A stretch of DNA of 18,754 nt from Candidatus Bathyarchaeia archaeon. Its GTDB lineage: Archaea; Thermoproteota; Bathyarchaeia; Bathyarchaeales; Bathycorpusculaceae. The DNA lies in contig JBEKKX010000042.1 in the NCBI GenBank assembly GCA_050010515.1, positions 1 through 18,754 on the forward strand. The letters are read 5' to 3'. Made by a program: the position numbers and the translations under genes. Below are positions 7,404-16,395 of this stretch, piece after piece. Under the pieces are notes generated by a model. It saw only the letters and a list, made by a program, of their open reading frames with translations, was not told the DNA's origin and ran no database searches. Positions within the stretch are counted from its first letter, which is position 1, and each line of letters begins with the position of its first letter.

Positions 7404-8222
7404 ATGAGCCTTGAGGAAACGAAGCAGCTGCTTCGAACTTATCGAATTACCCCGAATAAGCTTTCAGGGCAGAATTTCATGGTTGAACCTTCACTTTACG
7501 GCAAGCTGTGCACTTATGCCACGCTTGACTCTTCAGACGTGGTGTTGGATGCTGGCGCAGGCTTCGGTTTTCTGAGTCGTTTCTTAGCTGATAAGTGTAA
7601 GGCTGTAATTGCGGTTGAGAAGGATCCGCAGGTTGCAAAAGCGCTTCGTGAACAAGTCAAAGGCACTGGCAATGTGATTGTAATAGAGGGCGATGTGTTG
7701 AAGGCAGCTTTGCCTGAGTTTAACAAGGTCATAGCGATTCCCCCTTACTATTTGTCTTCTCATCTTATTGCGTGGCTTGTAGAAGGCAGAATCGATTGTG
7801 CAGTGATGATTTTACAGAAAGAATTTGCCAGTCGACTTATAGCGGCGGTAGGCAGTGAGGATTATGGTTGGTTAACAGTATTGACTTATCTGCATGTAGA
7901 GGTTGAGCTTTTGGATGCGGTTCCTAAAGAGATGTTTTATCCTCAACCGGAAGTAGATTCGGTAATCGTTCGGATAAAGCCTTGGATTAAAAGTTCGTTT
8001 GAAGTGAAAGATGAAATGTTTTTCAAGCGAATGGTAAAGTGGCTTTTTACTCAGCGTAACAAGAAGTTAGGCAAAGCGCTTGAACCATTCATTAAGAGTA
8101 CCTTGAAGTTAAGCAAACAAGACGCCGAAAAACTGGCTCTTACCCTGCCATTTCACGATAGGCGCGCAAGAGAGCTATCTCCTAAAGACTTCGGAGTATT
8201 AGCAAATGCCATTTCCAGTTAA
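7404..8222 (+). CDS. ksgA: 16S rRNA adenine dimethyltransferase KsgA/Dim1 (motif IV variant IPPY)
   Basis: GQNF, DAGAGFG, VEKD, ILQKEFA.RL, YGWL and FYPQPEVDS; synteny. Confidence 0.92.
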   Translation: MSLEETKQLLRTYRITPNKLSGQNFMVEPSLYGKLCTYATLDSSDVVLDAGAGFGFLSRFLADKCKAVIAVEKDPQVAKALREQVKGTGNVIVIEGDVLKAALPEFNKVIAIPPYYLSSHLIAWLVEGRIDCAVMILQKEFASRLIAAVGSEDYGWLTVLTYLHVEVELLDAVPKEMFYPQPEVDSVIVRIKPWIKSSFEVKDEMFFKRMVKWLFTQRNKKLGKALEPFIKSTLKLSKQDAEKLALTLPFHDRRARELSPKDFGVLANAISS

Positions 8223-8820
8223 GAGAGTACATTTTGGCAATTACGTTTTTAATGTTTGGGAGAATGTTTACGAGCCTGCAGAGGACTCCTTTCTTTTCGC
8301 TGAAAACCTTGACGTAGAAAAAGGCGCACAGGTATTGGATGTTGGTACTGGCTGCGGTATGCTTGGCATATTGGCAGCAGAAAAAGCTGGCAACGTCGTT
8401 GCGGTTGACTTAAATCCCTATGCTGTTTGCTGCGCAAGAGAGAATGCAGCGCTTAACAATATACGTTGTAAAATGGCTTTCATTCAAACTGACCTATTAA
8501 CCGCTTTAAACGAAAGCGCAAGATTTGATTTAATCCTCTTTAACGCACCATATCTCCCTGCTGCTGAGTCTGAGGCGGAATCCTGGATTGGGCGCTCATG
8601 GGCAGGAGGCATTAACGGAAGGCAAGTTATCAATCGCTTCATCCACGAAGCTCCACTGCACATGAGACCCAACGGTCGGATTCTCTTGATGCAATCTACG
8701 CTTGCAAATGTTGAAGAAACGATTAGCAAATTTGCAGAGCACAATCTTAAAGCAAGCATCAAAGCTGAACGTAAACTGCCTTTCTTTGAGACTTTAACAC
8801 TTATAGAAGCTAAAACATAA
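8206..8820 (+). CDS. HemK2/Mtq2-family protein glutamine methyltransferase (aRF1 methylase)
   Basis: VYEPAEDSFL, DVGTGCG, FNAPYLP and WAGGINGR. Confidence 0.9.
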   Translation: MPFPVKRVHFGNYVFNVWENVYEPAEDSFLFAENLDVEKGAQVLDVGTGCGMLGILAAEKAGNVVAVDLNPYAVCCARENAALNNIRCKMAFIQTDLLTALNESARFDLILFNAPYLPAAESEAESWIGRSWAGGINGRQVINRFIHEAPLHMRPNGRILLMQSTLANVEETISKFAEHNLKASIKAERKLPFFETLTLIEAKT

Positions 8821-8898
8821 CCTGCTAAGCAAACGCTGGTTGTTGTGCTGAAAAGCAAATAAAGGTATAGCGTATTGATTATTGTCGGTGATTACAAA

Positions 8899-9228
8899 AT
8901 GACGATTTGGTTTTACGTTAAAACAGAAGACGATCCAAAGACTGTTGGAGATGTTGTTTGCAGTTTCAATTTTACACAAGGCAAGCATCCTGAGGATCAG
9001 TATTCTTGGATAATGGAAGTTGGGCGAGATGAGCCTGGCTACTGGGTAATCAAAGGCAAATATGCTGCCCTAAAAGACCTCTCAGAAATAGGCGACGTTT
9101 ACAGGATAGGCGACACCGTGGTTCTTTCAGAGATTGATGATGACTTAGCCCCAGACTTCCTCGATCCATTAATAACAAAGTATGGGTTTGATAACGTTAA
9201 ATGGATAGTTGTTCCAAAAACAAGATAA
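8899..9228 (+). CDS. Hypothetical acidic protein (109 aa)
   Basis: ATG at 8899 has SD GGTGAT (8887-8892) and is preferred over TTG 8875. Globular Trp/Tyr/Asp-rich composition; family not recognised. Confidence 0.7.
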   Translation: MTIWFYVKTEDDPKTVGDVVCSFNFTQGKHPEDQYSWIMEVGRDEPGYWVIKGKYAALKDLSEIGDVYRIGDTVVLSEIDDDLAPDFLDPLITKYGFDNVKWIVVPKTR

Positions 9229-9310
9229 AAAAAACTCAATCAAGCCAGACAGACAGAGAGAGTCTACCCTCTCATTTTACTCCTAAAAAACTAAGCTAAA
9301 TTGCGGTCGT

Positions 9311-9796
9311 TCATTGCTTGTCGTATTTTTCAAATTCATCACTCATTATAGTTAACTCTATACCAGCTTGCTTGAACATCTCAATGGTGTCAGCATCAGC
9401 ATGATACCTTTTTTCGCAGACCACACGTTTGATACCAGCATTAATTATCATCATGGCGCAAGTTCGGCATGGGGTCATTTTGCAGAAAATAGTTGCTCCC
9501 TCAAGCGGTATTCCAAACCTAGCTGCTTGAATGATGGCGTTTTGTTCAGCATGAAGAGTCCGTACGCAATGCTGGGTTACGTTGCCGTTGCTGTCAAACA
9601 CTTTGCGGAAGTCATGCCCAACCTCGTCGCAGTGTGGCAAACCAGAAGGAGCACCAACATACCCAGTGGTCATAATTCTTTTATCTTTAACAATTACACA
9701 ACCGCTTCTCCCACGGTCGCAGGTAGCACGCCTAGCCACAGCTTCACATAAGTCTAAGAAGTATCTATCCCAATCAGGCCTTGAATTATTATCCAA
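9311..9796 (-). CDS. dCMP deaminase (ComEB-like zinc deaminase)
   Basis: RPDWDRYF, RATC, HAEQNAI and PCRTC zinc motifs. Confidence 0.92.
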   Translation of the reverse strand: MDNNSRPDWDRYFLDLCEAVARRATCDRGRSGCVIVKDKRIMTTGYVGAPSGLPHCDEVGHDFRKVFDSNGNVTQHCVRTLHAEQNAIIQAARFGIPLEGATIFCKMTPCRTCAMMIINAGIKRVVCEKRYHADADTIEMFKQAGIELTIMSDEFEKYDKQ

Positions 9797-9862
9797 CGAT
9801 CTCCAGCCTCAACCTGTTTAGTTCGTTAAAACAAATTAATAAATCATCTGAAAACAAACGGC

Positions 9863-11161
9863 TTATTTTTGGTAAATGTGAATTTCTCTGCAAATCTTGT
9901 GCCGCTCATCAACCTCAACCAAAGAGGGGGCATCGATTAACTCTTCAAGACCTATTGCATCTTCAGAAAACATATCTTTTGAGAAAGGCTGAATTCTCCT
10001 AAACCCTAAATTCTCAAGTTTCTCACCAATAGGCATAGTTACCGATTGTCCAGAACGCGTTATGATGTAAGGTGTCACAAGAACCAATCGTCCACCATTC
10101 TGCAGCACTCTATGCGCTTCTTCAACAAAAGTAAAATACAAGGGCTCAAGCTTCTGGATAATCTTTAATGCGTATGGTCCAGTTGGCACCTGACGTAAAG
10201 CTGGACCCAAATCAGGCTCCGTCACGACGCAATCTACTGTTTCTTGTCCAATTTTCTCTGCCAACCTGCAAACGTTTCCTTGCACAACCCTAAACTCCGC
10301 ATCTTCAAGGCTGTACTCTCTTTTGATCCATTCAAGGTTTTCATTGGCTGCTTTAACACACCAAGGATTAACATCTACGCCAACGACCTTTGCCCTCGCA
10401 AGGAGTGCTTCCTGAAGAATTGTGCCAACGCCACAGAATGGGTCAAGCAAAACCTTCCTAGGCGTACAAGCGGATAAATTAACCATTATCCTAGCTAACC
10501 TTGGAGGTATAGCAAAAATTTTTCTCTGATTAGGCTTGTAAATGTCCCTTTTTTGAAATTCAAAGGGATTGTGCACAGCAACTGTGGTGGCAACCCACGT
10601 TTCTTCCTTGCCAATACACAGCAACACTTCCGCTTTGTTTTCAACTAAATTCTTCTTTAAAACTTCAATATGGCTTAGCTGAGCAAACCTCCTATCTTTA
10701 GAAAAGCCCATAAACTTAGATTTCTTGCCATAACCAGCTAACTCATCCTTTACACTGCTTCCGATAAACCGCTGAATAACCCCTGATAATGGACGCAGTG
10801 TTTTCTCAGCGCAGTATACACTTACTCCAAAAAACAGCTTCTCAGCAGACTTATCCATTTCATCAACTAAACCGCTTGATGCTAATGATGCAGCTATTTG
10901 TGACTGGGCTTGCTTGTTTCTTTCAAAAAACGCTTCCTTAACAATTAGAGTAGGAAACTTTGCTTTGACCTCACCGATTTTTATGGTTCCACCTAAATCC
11001 TCAATAACAGAAGCGCCAAAGCCTTCTTCAACGCTAACCGCAAAGAATTCTTTAGAAAAAAATTGCACTTCAAATTTGATTTCTCTAGCTTTCAAGTAAG
11101 AAGCAAGCTCCGCTAACGAAAGCTTCCAGTTTTTCCCTGAAATAAACAACTCTATTGCCAT
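9863..11161 (-). CDS. Trm11/TrmG10-like THUMP plus SAM tRNA methyltransferase
   Basis: LGGTIKI, RD..KP, IPPRLARIMVNL and LLDPFCGVGTIL.EA. Motif IV reads TEPDLG. Confidence 0.8.
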   Translation of the reverse strand: MAIELFISGKNWKLSLAELASYLKAREIKFEVQFFSKEFFAVSVEEGFGASVIEDLGGTIKIGEVKAKFPTLIVKEAFFERNKQAQSQIAASLASSGLVDEMDKSAEKLFFGVSVYCAEKTLRPLSGVIQRFIGSSVKDELAGYGKKSKFMGFSKDRRFAQLSHIEVLKKNLVENKAEVLLCIGKEETWVATTVAVHNPFEFQKRDIYKPNQRKIFAIPPRLARIMVNLSACTPRKVLLDPFCGVGTILQEALLARAKVVGVDVNPWCVKAANENLEWIKREYSLEDAEFRVVQGNVCRLAEKIGQETVDCVVTEPDLGPALRQVPTGPYALKIIQKLEPLYFTFVEEAHRVLQNGGRLVLVTPYIITRSGQSVTMPIGEKLENLGFRRIQPFSKDMFSEDAIGLEELIDAPSLVEVDERHKICREIHIYQK

Positions 11162-11184
11162 CTGGAAAAGAAAAGCTAAACTAA

Positions 11185-11294
11185 GTATATAAGAAATGAC
11201 GCCGCCGTTTAACTGAACAAATGGTTAAAGTAGACAATTAGAAATTAAAAAATTCACACGAAGCTTCACCGTGAAGTTACAAATCGTTTAAATA
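11185..11294. promoter_or_regulatory. Divergent promoters of the trm11-like gene and rpl10e
   Basis: Minus-strand TTATATA (11186-11192) is about 25 nt from ATG 11161, consistent with a leaderless transcript. Plus-strand TTTAAATA (11287-11294) precedes rpl10e. Confidence 0.55.
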
Positions 11295-11327
11295 CCGCTG
11301 AATGAGTATGCTAAAAAGGGACGTTGC

Positions 11328-11876
11328 ATGCACGCACGAAATTACAGGCACGTGAAAAATCGAGCTTACACAAGGAAAGAATACGCTAGAGGTTTTCCAC
11401 CCCCAAAAATAGTAAAGTTCACTATGGGTGATACTAAGGGTACCTTTGATTGCGAAGCTAAATTAATTGCTTTGGAACGAGCTCAAATACGCCATAGTGC
11501 CTTAGAAGCAGCACGTGTGGCAACAAACCGCGTCTTAATAGATAAACTCATAAATGATTATCTTATGGTTGTTCATCCATACCCTCACATTATCCTGAGA
11601 GAAAATAAAATGATCTTCGGCGCTCACGCTGACCGGCTTCAACAGGGAATGAGACGTTCCTTCGGGACAGCGATTGGCACTGCAGCAAAAGTTGAGGTAG
11701 GACAAACCATCATAACGGTCAAAGTTAAAGCAGCTGCTGCTGAAACAGCCAAAGAATCGCTCAAAAGAGGGAGCGCAAAACTTCCTATACCTTGCAAAAT
11801 AGTTATCTCCAAGATTCCACCTTCTCTAAATGTAACTGAGAAGTCCGAACCGGAGACGGAGACACTTGAGAGTTAA
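11328..11876 (+). CDS. rpl10e: 50S ribosomal protein L10e (uL16)
   Basis: AYTRKEY, QIRHSALEAAR and ILRENKMIFGAHADRLQQGMRRSFG. Confidence 0.97.
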   Translation: MHARNYRHVKNRAYTRKEYARGFPPPKIVKFTMGDTKGTFDCEAKLIALERAQIRHSALEAARVATNRVLIDKLINDYLMVVHPYPHIILRENKMIFGAHADRLQQGMRRSFGTAIGTAAKVEVGQTIITVKVKAAAAETAKESLKRGSAKLPIPCKIVISKIPPSLNVTEKSEPETETLES

Positions 11877-14304
11877 AGAGAAAGAACTGGTTTTATGGTT
11901 TGATGATGTAAGAAAAGAAGATATTCCTGTTGTTGGCGGCAAAAACGCCAGCCTCGGCGAAATGATTAATGCCGGATTACCTGTTCCACCAGGTTTTGCG
12001 GTAACGGCTTATTCTTATGAGAAATATATTCAAGAAAAACGTATAGCCGAGCAAATCTATAAAATAATTAAGGACACAGTCACAAACCCAAATGACCCCA
12101 AACAATACGATACGGCGTCAAAGAAAATACGTGAACTTATCGAAAAAACGCCGATGCCTAAAGAAATTGAAAACGCCATAAGAATAGCTTACAAAGAACT
12201 AAACCAACGGCTTGAGTTAAAGGACATTTTCGTTGCTGTACGGTCAAGCGCTACAGCCGAAGACTTACCTGACGCGTCCTTTGCAGGCCAACAAGAAACT
12301 TTCTTAAACGTTAAAGGCGCGGATGACCTTATCGATAAAGTAGTTAAATGCTGGTCAAGCTTATTTACGCCACGTGCAATCTTTTACCGAACTGAAAAAG
12401 GCTTTGCGCATGAAAAAGTCTTCATAAGTGTCGGGGTCCAAAAAATGGTGAACTCCGGATGTGCTGGAGTCATGTTTACCATTAACCCTGTAACTGGTAA
12501 CCCGGATGAAATTGTAATCGAAGGCAACTACGGCTTAGGAGAAACTGTCGTTTCAGGCGCTGTTAACCCTGATGATTTTGTCGTGGACAAGAACACAGTC
12601 AAGATTACGGAAAGAAGAATTTCGCGTAAAACAATAATGTATCTTCGTGACCCCAAAACAGGCAAAACAGTGCATTTGGACGTGCCCGAGGATAAGCAGA
12701 AAGTAAGCTGCATGAGTGATCAGGAAATCTTTACGCTTGCAGAACTTGCAAAGCGAATTGAAAAGCATTATGGCAAACCCATGGATATTGAATGGGCAAT
12801 TGACCAAGACCTATCTTATCCAGAAAACATGTTCATAGTTCAAGCTCGCCCAGAAACCGTTTGGAGCACAAAAAACATGGAAACACCCTTAAGAACTGAA
12901 GAAAATAAAGCTGAAGGAACATTAAAAGTAGTAGTGAGAGGCATTTCGGCTGGAAGAAAAGGTTACGGCGCAGGTAAAGCAACAGTTGTCCTAAATCCTG
13001 ACGATGCAAACAGAAACATGCACAAAGGAGATATTCTCGTAACAGGCATGACTGACCCTGACTTTGTGCCATTCATGAAAATGGCAAGTGCTATAGTCAC
13101 CGACAAAGGTGGAGTCACGTCGCACGCAGCAATTGTAAGCCGCGAACTTAGCATCCCCTGTGTGGTAGGTACAGAAACAGCTACTCAAATAATGAAAACA
13201 GGCCAAGAATACACTGTGGATTCAAGAAACGGCATAGTTTACGAAGGCATAATGGCCCAAGCCGTTCAACCAGCAGTAACATTAAATGGACCGGCTATGG
13301 TTATGCAAGCAGCAGCAGAGGCCGCTCCGGTAACAGCCACAAAAATCTATATGAATTTGGGTGTTCCAGAAAAAATTGAAGATTATAAAAATCTGCCCTT
13401 CGAAGGCATAGGATTAATGCGCATCGAATTCATATTAGCCAGCGCCATAGGTCAGCACCCCATGATGTTTGTCGAAACAGGTGAAAGCCAAAAATTCGTA
13501 GACAAACTTGCCGAAGGCATAGCAACCGTTGCCCGAGCAATCCAGCCCCGACCAGTTGTAGTGCGCTTAAGCGACTTCAAAACCAATGAATACCGAGGCT
13601 TGAAAGGTGGAGAAAAATACGAAATAGTCGAAGAAAACCCAATGCTCGGTTGGAGAGGCTGCAGCCGCTACATAAGCAAATGGTATATCCAAGCCTTCCG
13701 ACTTGAATGCCAAGCCATCCAAAAATGCCGTATAGAATGGGGTCTCAAAAATATCTATGTCATGCTTCCAATGGTTCGCACTCTTTGGGAAGCCAAGAAA
13801 GCTCTCGAAATTATGAAGGAAGAAGGTCTAGAGCGCTCTCGCGACTTTAAAATTTGGTTTATGGCTGAAACGCCATCCATAGCAATAATGGCTGACGAAT
13901 TTTCTAAGCTCGTCGATGGCTTCTCAATAGGCTCAAACGACATGACTCAAGGCATACTAATGATTGACCGCGACTCTGAACGCTTAGCTCAAATGGGCTA
14001 TTTTGACGAAAGAGACCCGGCAGTAAAAAGAATAATTGCACACCTCATCAAAGTCGCTCATGAAAACGGAGTCACCGTTTCCATATGCGGTGAAGGGCCA
14101 TCAAACCTTCCAGACTTCGCAGAGTTCCTCGTTCGCGCAGGAATTGATAGCATATCCGTAAACAACGACGCGGTAGTAGCTACAAGAAAAAATGTTGCCA
14201 GCTTAGAACAAAAGATAATTCTTGAACGGCTCGCGGAACAAGCTGCTTTAGCTCGTGGGCAACCTCTTAAAAAGCCAACTCAAGACTGGGAATGGCCACG
14301 CTAG
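11866..14304 (+). CDS. ppsA: Phosphoenolpyruvate synthase (pyruvate, water dikinase)
   Basis: VGGKNASLGEM, VAVRSSATAEDLPDASFAGQQET, phospho-His GGVTSHAAIVSRE, NPMLGWRG and FSIGSND. Confidence 0.97.
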   Translation: MRVKEKELVLWFDDVRKEDIPVVGGKNASLGEMINAGLPVPPGFAVTAYSYEKYIQEKRIAEQIYKIIKDTVTNPNDPKQYDTASKKIRELIEKTPMPKEIENAIRIAYKELNQRLELKDIFVAVRSSATAEDLPDASFAGQQETFLNVKGADDLIDKVVKCWSSLFTPRAIFYRTEKGFAHEKVFISVGVQKMVNSGCAGVMFTINPVTGNPDEIVIEGNYGLGETVVSGAVNPDDFVVDKNTVKITERRISRKTIMYLRDPKTGKTVHLDVPEDKQKVSCMSDQEIFTLAELAKRIEKHYGKPMDIEWAIDQDLSYPENMFIVQARPETVWSTKNMETPLRTEENKAEGTLKVVVRGISAGRKGYGAGKATVVLNPDDANRNMHKGDILVTGMTDPDFVPFMKMASAIVTDKGGVTSHAAIVSRELSIPCVVGTETATQIMKTGQEYTVDSRNGIVYEGIMAQAVQPAVTLNGPAMVMQAAAEAAPVTATKIYMNLGVPEKIEDYKNLPFEGIGLMRIEFILASAIGQHPMMFVETGESQKFVDKLAEGIATVARAIQPRPVVVRLSDFKTNEYRGLKGGEKYEIVEENPMLGWRGCSRYISKWYIQAFRLECQAIQKCRIEWGLKNIYVMLPMVRTLWEAKKALEIMKEEGLERSRDFKIWFMAETPSIAIMADEFSKLVDGFSIGSNDMTQGILMIDRDSERLAQMGYFDERDPAVKRIIAHLIKVAHENGVTVSICGEGPSNLPDFAEFLVRAGIDSISVNNDAVVATRKNVASLEQKIILERLAEQAALARGQPLKKPTQDWEWPR

Positions 14305-14334
14305 CATAGAGTCCTTATGCAACAGTGGAGCCCT

Positions 14335-14362
14335 TTGCTTTCTTTTCTTAGTTTTTTTTGTT
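14335..14362 (+). terminator. Oligo-T terminator after ppsA
   Basis: TTTGCTTTCTTTTCTTAGTTTTTTTTGTT directly downstream of the stop codon. Confidence 0.45.
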
Positions 14363-14386
14363 ACCCATCAGTGGGCGGAGTAAAGT

Positions 14387-15388
14387 ATGAAAGGGTTTGA
14401 TTTTGAAGAAGAAAGAATAAAGCAAGAGATAACCAAACTTGGCGCCAAACGTGTTCTACTGCAACTGCCCGAAGGATTAAAACCTGAAGGTCCACGCTTA
14501 GCTAAAATTATCGAAAAGAGCGGTGCGCTTCCAATAATTTCCGCTGACCCCTGCTACGGTGCCTGCGATATAGCGGTTAATGAAGCAGAAAGTTTAGGCG
14601 TAGATTTGATAGTGCATTTTGGGCACTCAAAACTTGTAAAGCATGAGCAGACTCCAACAATCTATGTTGAAGCAAGAGCAACAGTAACAGTTGAGAAGGC
14701 TGTCAAAAAATCTTTACCGCTTTTGAGCAAGTACGGTAAGATTGGTTTAGCCACTTCAGTGCAGCATTTGCAAGCGCTAAATCAGGCGAGAGAAATTTTA
14801 ATCAGGGCTGGGAAAACAGTAATAATCGGCGACAGTGGGCAAATGGGTTATGCTGGGCAAGTTATCGGCTGCAATTACAGCAACGTGAAATCAATCGTCG
14901 ACGAGGTAGAAGCTTTCCTTTTTGTTGGCGGCGGAATGTTCCACGCTTTAGGCATCGCTTTAAGCACTTCTAAACCAACCTTCATAGCTGACCCATATGA
15001 TAATAGGGCTTTCGCAATTAATGATGAAGCCCAAAAGATACTCAAAAAACGTTGGGCATGCATTGAAGAAGCGCAAGGCGCTAAAGCTTTCGGGGTTCTT
15101 TTTGGTTTGAAACCGGGACAAAAACGGTTAGACCAAGCCCTAAGCGTCAAGGCGTTAGCAGAGAAACATGGGAAAGCAGCTTATCTGTTAGCTGTTAGGG
15201 AAATTACTCCTGAAGTACTCCTCGAGTTTCCATCTATCGATGCATACGTCAACACGGCATGCCCTCGCATTTCTCTTGATGCTTCAGGAAAGTTTTCAAA
15301 GCCTGTGCTAACTATTAACGAGTTCATGGTGGCTTCTGGCGAATCTTTATGGGAGAATATGCTCAAAAAAGGATTATTCGAAAATTAG
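14387..15388 (+). CDS. dph2: Diphthamide biosynthesis radical enzyme Dph2
   Basis: LQLPEGLK, DPCYGACD, HFGHS, GQVIGC, KPGQ and TACPRI (three Fe-S Cys motifs). Confidence 0.96.
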   Translation: MKGFDFEEERIKQEITKLGAKRVLLQLPEGLKPEGPRLAKIIEKSGALPIISADPCYGACDIAVNEAESLGVDLIVHFGHSKLVKHEQTPTIYVEARATVTVEKAVKKSLPLLSKYGKIGLATSVQHLQALNQAREILIRAGKTVIIGDSGQMGYAGQVIGCNYSNVKSIVDEVEAFLFVGGGMFHALGIALSTSKPTFIADPYDNRAFAINDEAQKILKKRWACIEEAQGAKAFGVLFGLKPGQKRLDQALSVKALAEKHGKAAYLLAVREITPEVLLEFPSIDAYVNTACPRISLDASGKFSKPVLTINEFMVASGESLWENMLKKGLFEN

Positions 15389-16053
15389 ATTTAGAGATGT
15401 TTCTCTCAAAAATTGCTCTTCAGCCTTCTCCTCAAGCGCAACTTGAACAGTACACTATTTCCCCATCGATTGCATCAACCATGCTGTACATCGCTACCTA
15501 TGCGAACAACAACATTATTGGCAAAACAGTGCTGGATTTAGGCTGCGGAACAGGTAGGCTCGCTTTAGGCGCCTCTTACCTTGGCGCTGACAACGTTGTG
15601 GGAGTTGATGTTGATAGGTTAGCCATTAAAACTGCCGTTGAAAACTCTTTGAAAGTGGGTTTAGCTGGTAACGTTCAGTGGGTTATTGGCGACATAAGTG
15701 CTATCATGGGCAGGTTTGATACTGTTTTGCAGAATCCGCCTTTTGGGGTGCAAACAAGGGAGGCTGACAGAGCGTTTTTAGTAAAGGCGTTGGACGTTGG
15801 GAATTGCGTTTACTCTCTTCATAACCATCCAGAAACCGATAAGCAATTAATCAAGCAGCTTAAAGCAAACAATGAGTTTTTGCAGGTTTCGCCTTCTCCC
15901 TTTTTAGAAAGGTTAGTGACGCAACATAATGGCGTTGTTAAGGCAGTTTATGCTATGCTCATGACTATTCCCCGAATGTTTGATTTTCACACAAAAATTA
16001 AGCATGAATTTGTCGTTGACTTATATGTTATCGAAAAAGTAAGCGTTGAATAA
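15349..16053 (+). CDS. METTL5-family (COG2263) RNA adenine methyltransferase
   Basis: LEQYT, LDLGCGTGRL, QNPPFG, YSLH and IPRMFDFH. 40-nt overlap with dph2. Confidence 0.9.
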   Translation: MGEYAQKRIIRKLDLEMFLSKIALQPSPQAQLEQYTISPSIASTMLYIATYANNNIIGKTVLDLGCGTGRLALGASYLGADNVVGVDVDRLAIKTAVENSLKVGLAGNVQWVIGDISAIMGRFDTVLQNPPFGVQTREADRAFLVKALDVGNCVYSLHNHPETDKQLIKQLKANNEFLQVSPSPFLERLVTQHNGVVKAVYAMLMTIPRMFDFHTKIKHEFVVDLYVIEKVSVE

Positions 16054-16395
16054 ATTTTTAGGCCCTTTGGGTCTGGAATTAATTTTGTTTATTACAGTAG
16101 ATTCGCAAGTGGGTTAGCTTTAATGTACGTATGTGCGCATAGGTGTCTACCGGGAGGGTAAATGTCGATACGTTTTGTCGATACACTTTGCAGATACACT
16201 GAAGAGCATACGATGGGCAGGTTCTTGGGCGCAAAGCTCCTCCCAGAATCGTTAAGCCGTTTTTTTTAGATGCCTTGTAGCTCTCTTGCGGATTTATTGT
16301 ATTAATCAAAAGGTTTATTGATGCGACTGGAAACTAAGCATATGCATTTATCAATCAGCGACTGTTTAGCTTATTTAACATAAAAGGGAACTATC

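Noticed and set aside
2862-8731. 10-mer ATTAGCAAAT at 2862, 6201, 8198 and 8722
   Set aside because: Three copies lie inside coding sequence and are explained by common codons in AT-rich DNA; the observation is post hoc.
9245-9273. CAGA/GA micro-repeat and GAGAG/CTCTC stem between convergent genes
   Set aside because: Short, and adequately explained as a terminator region.
16163-16201. Tandem repeats as a CRISPR array
   Set aside because: The units are 13 bp, abut with no spacers, and no cas genes are present.
16079-16309. 76-aa minus-strand ORF in the gap before csl4
   Set aside because: TTG start without SD, no motif, and atypical composition.
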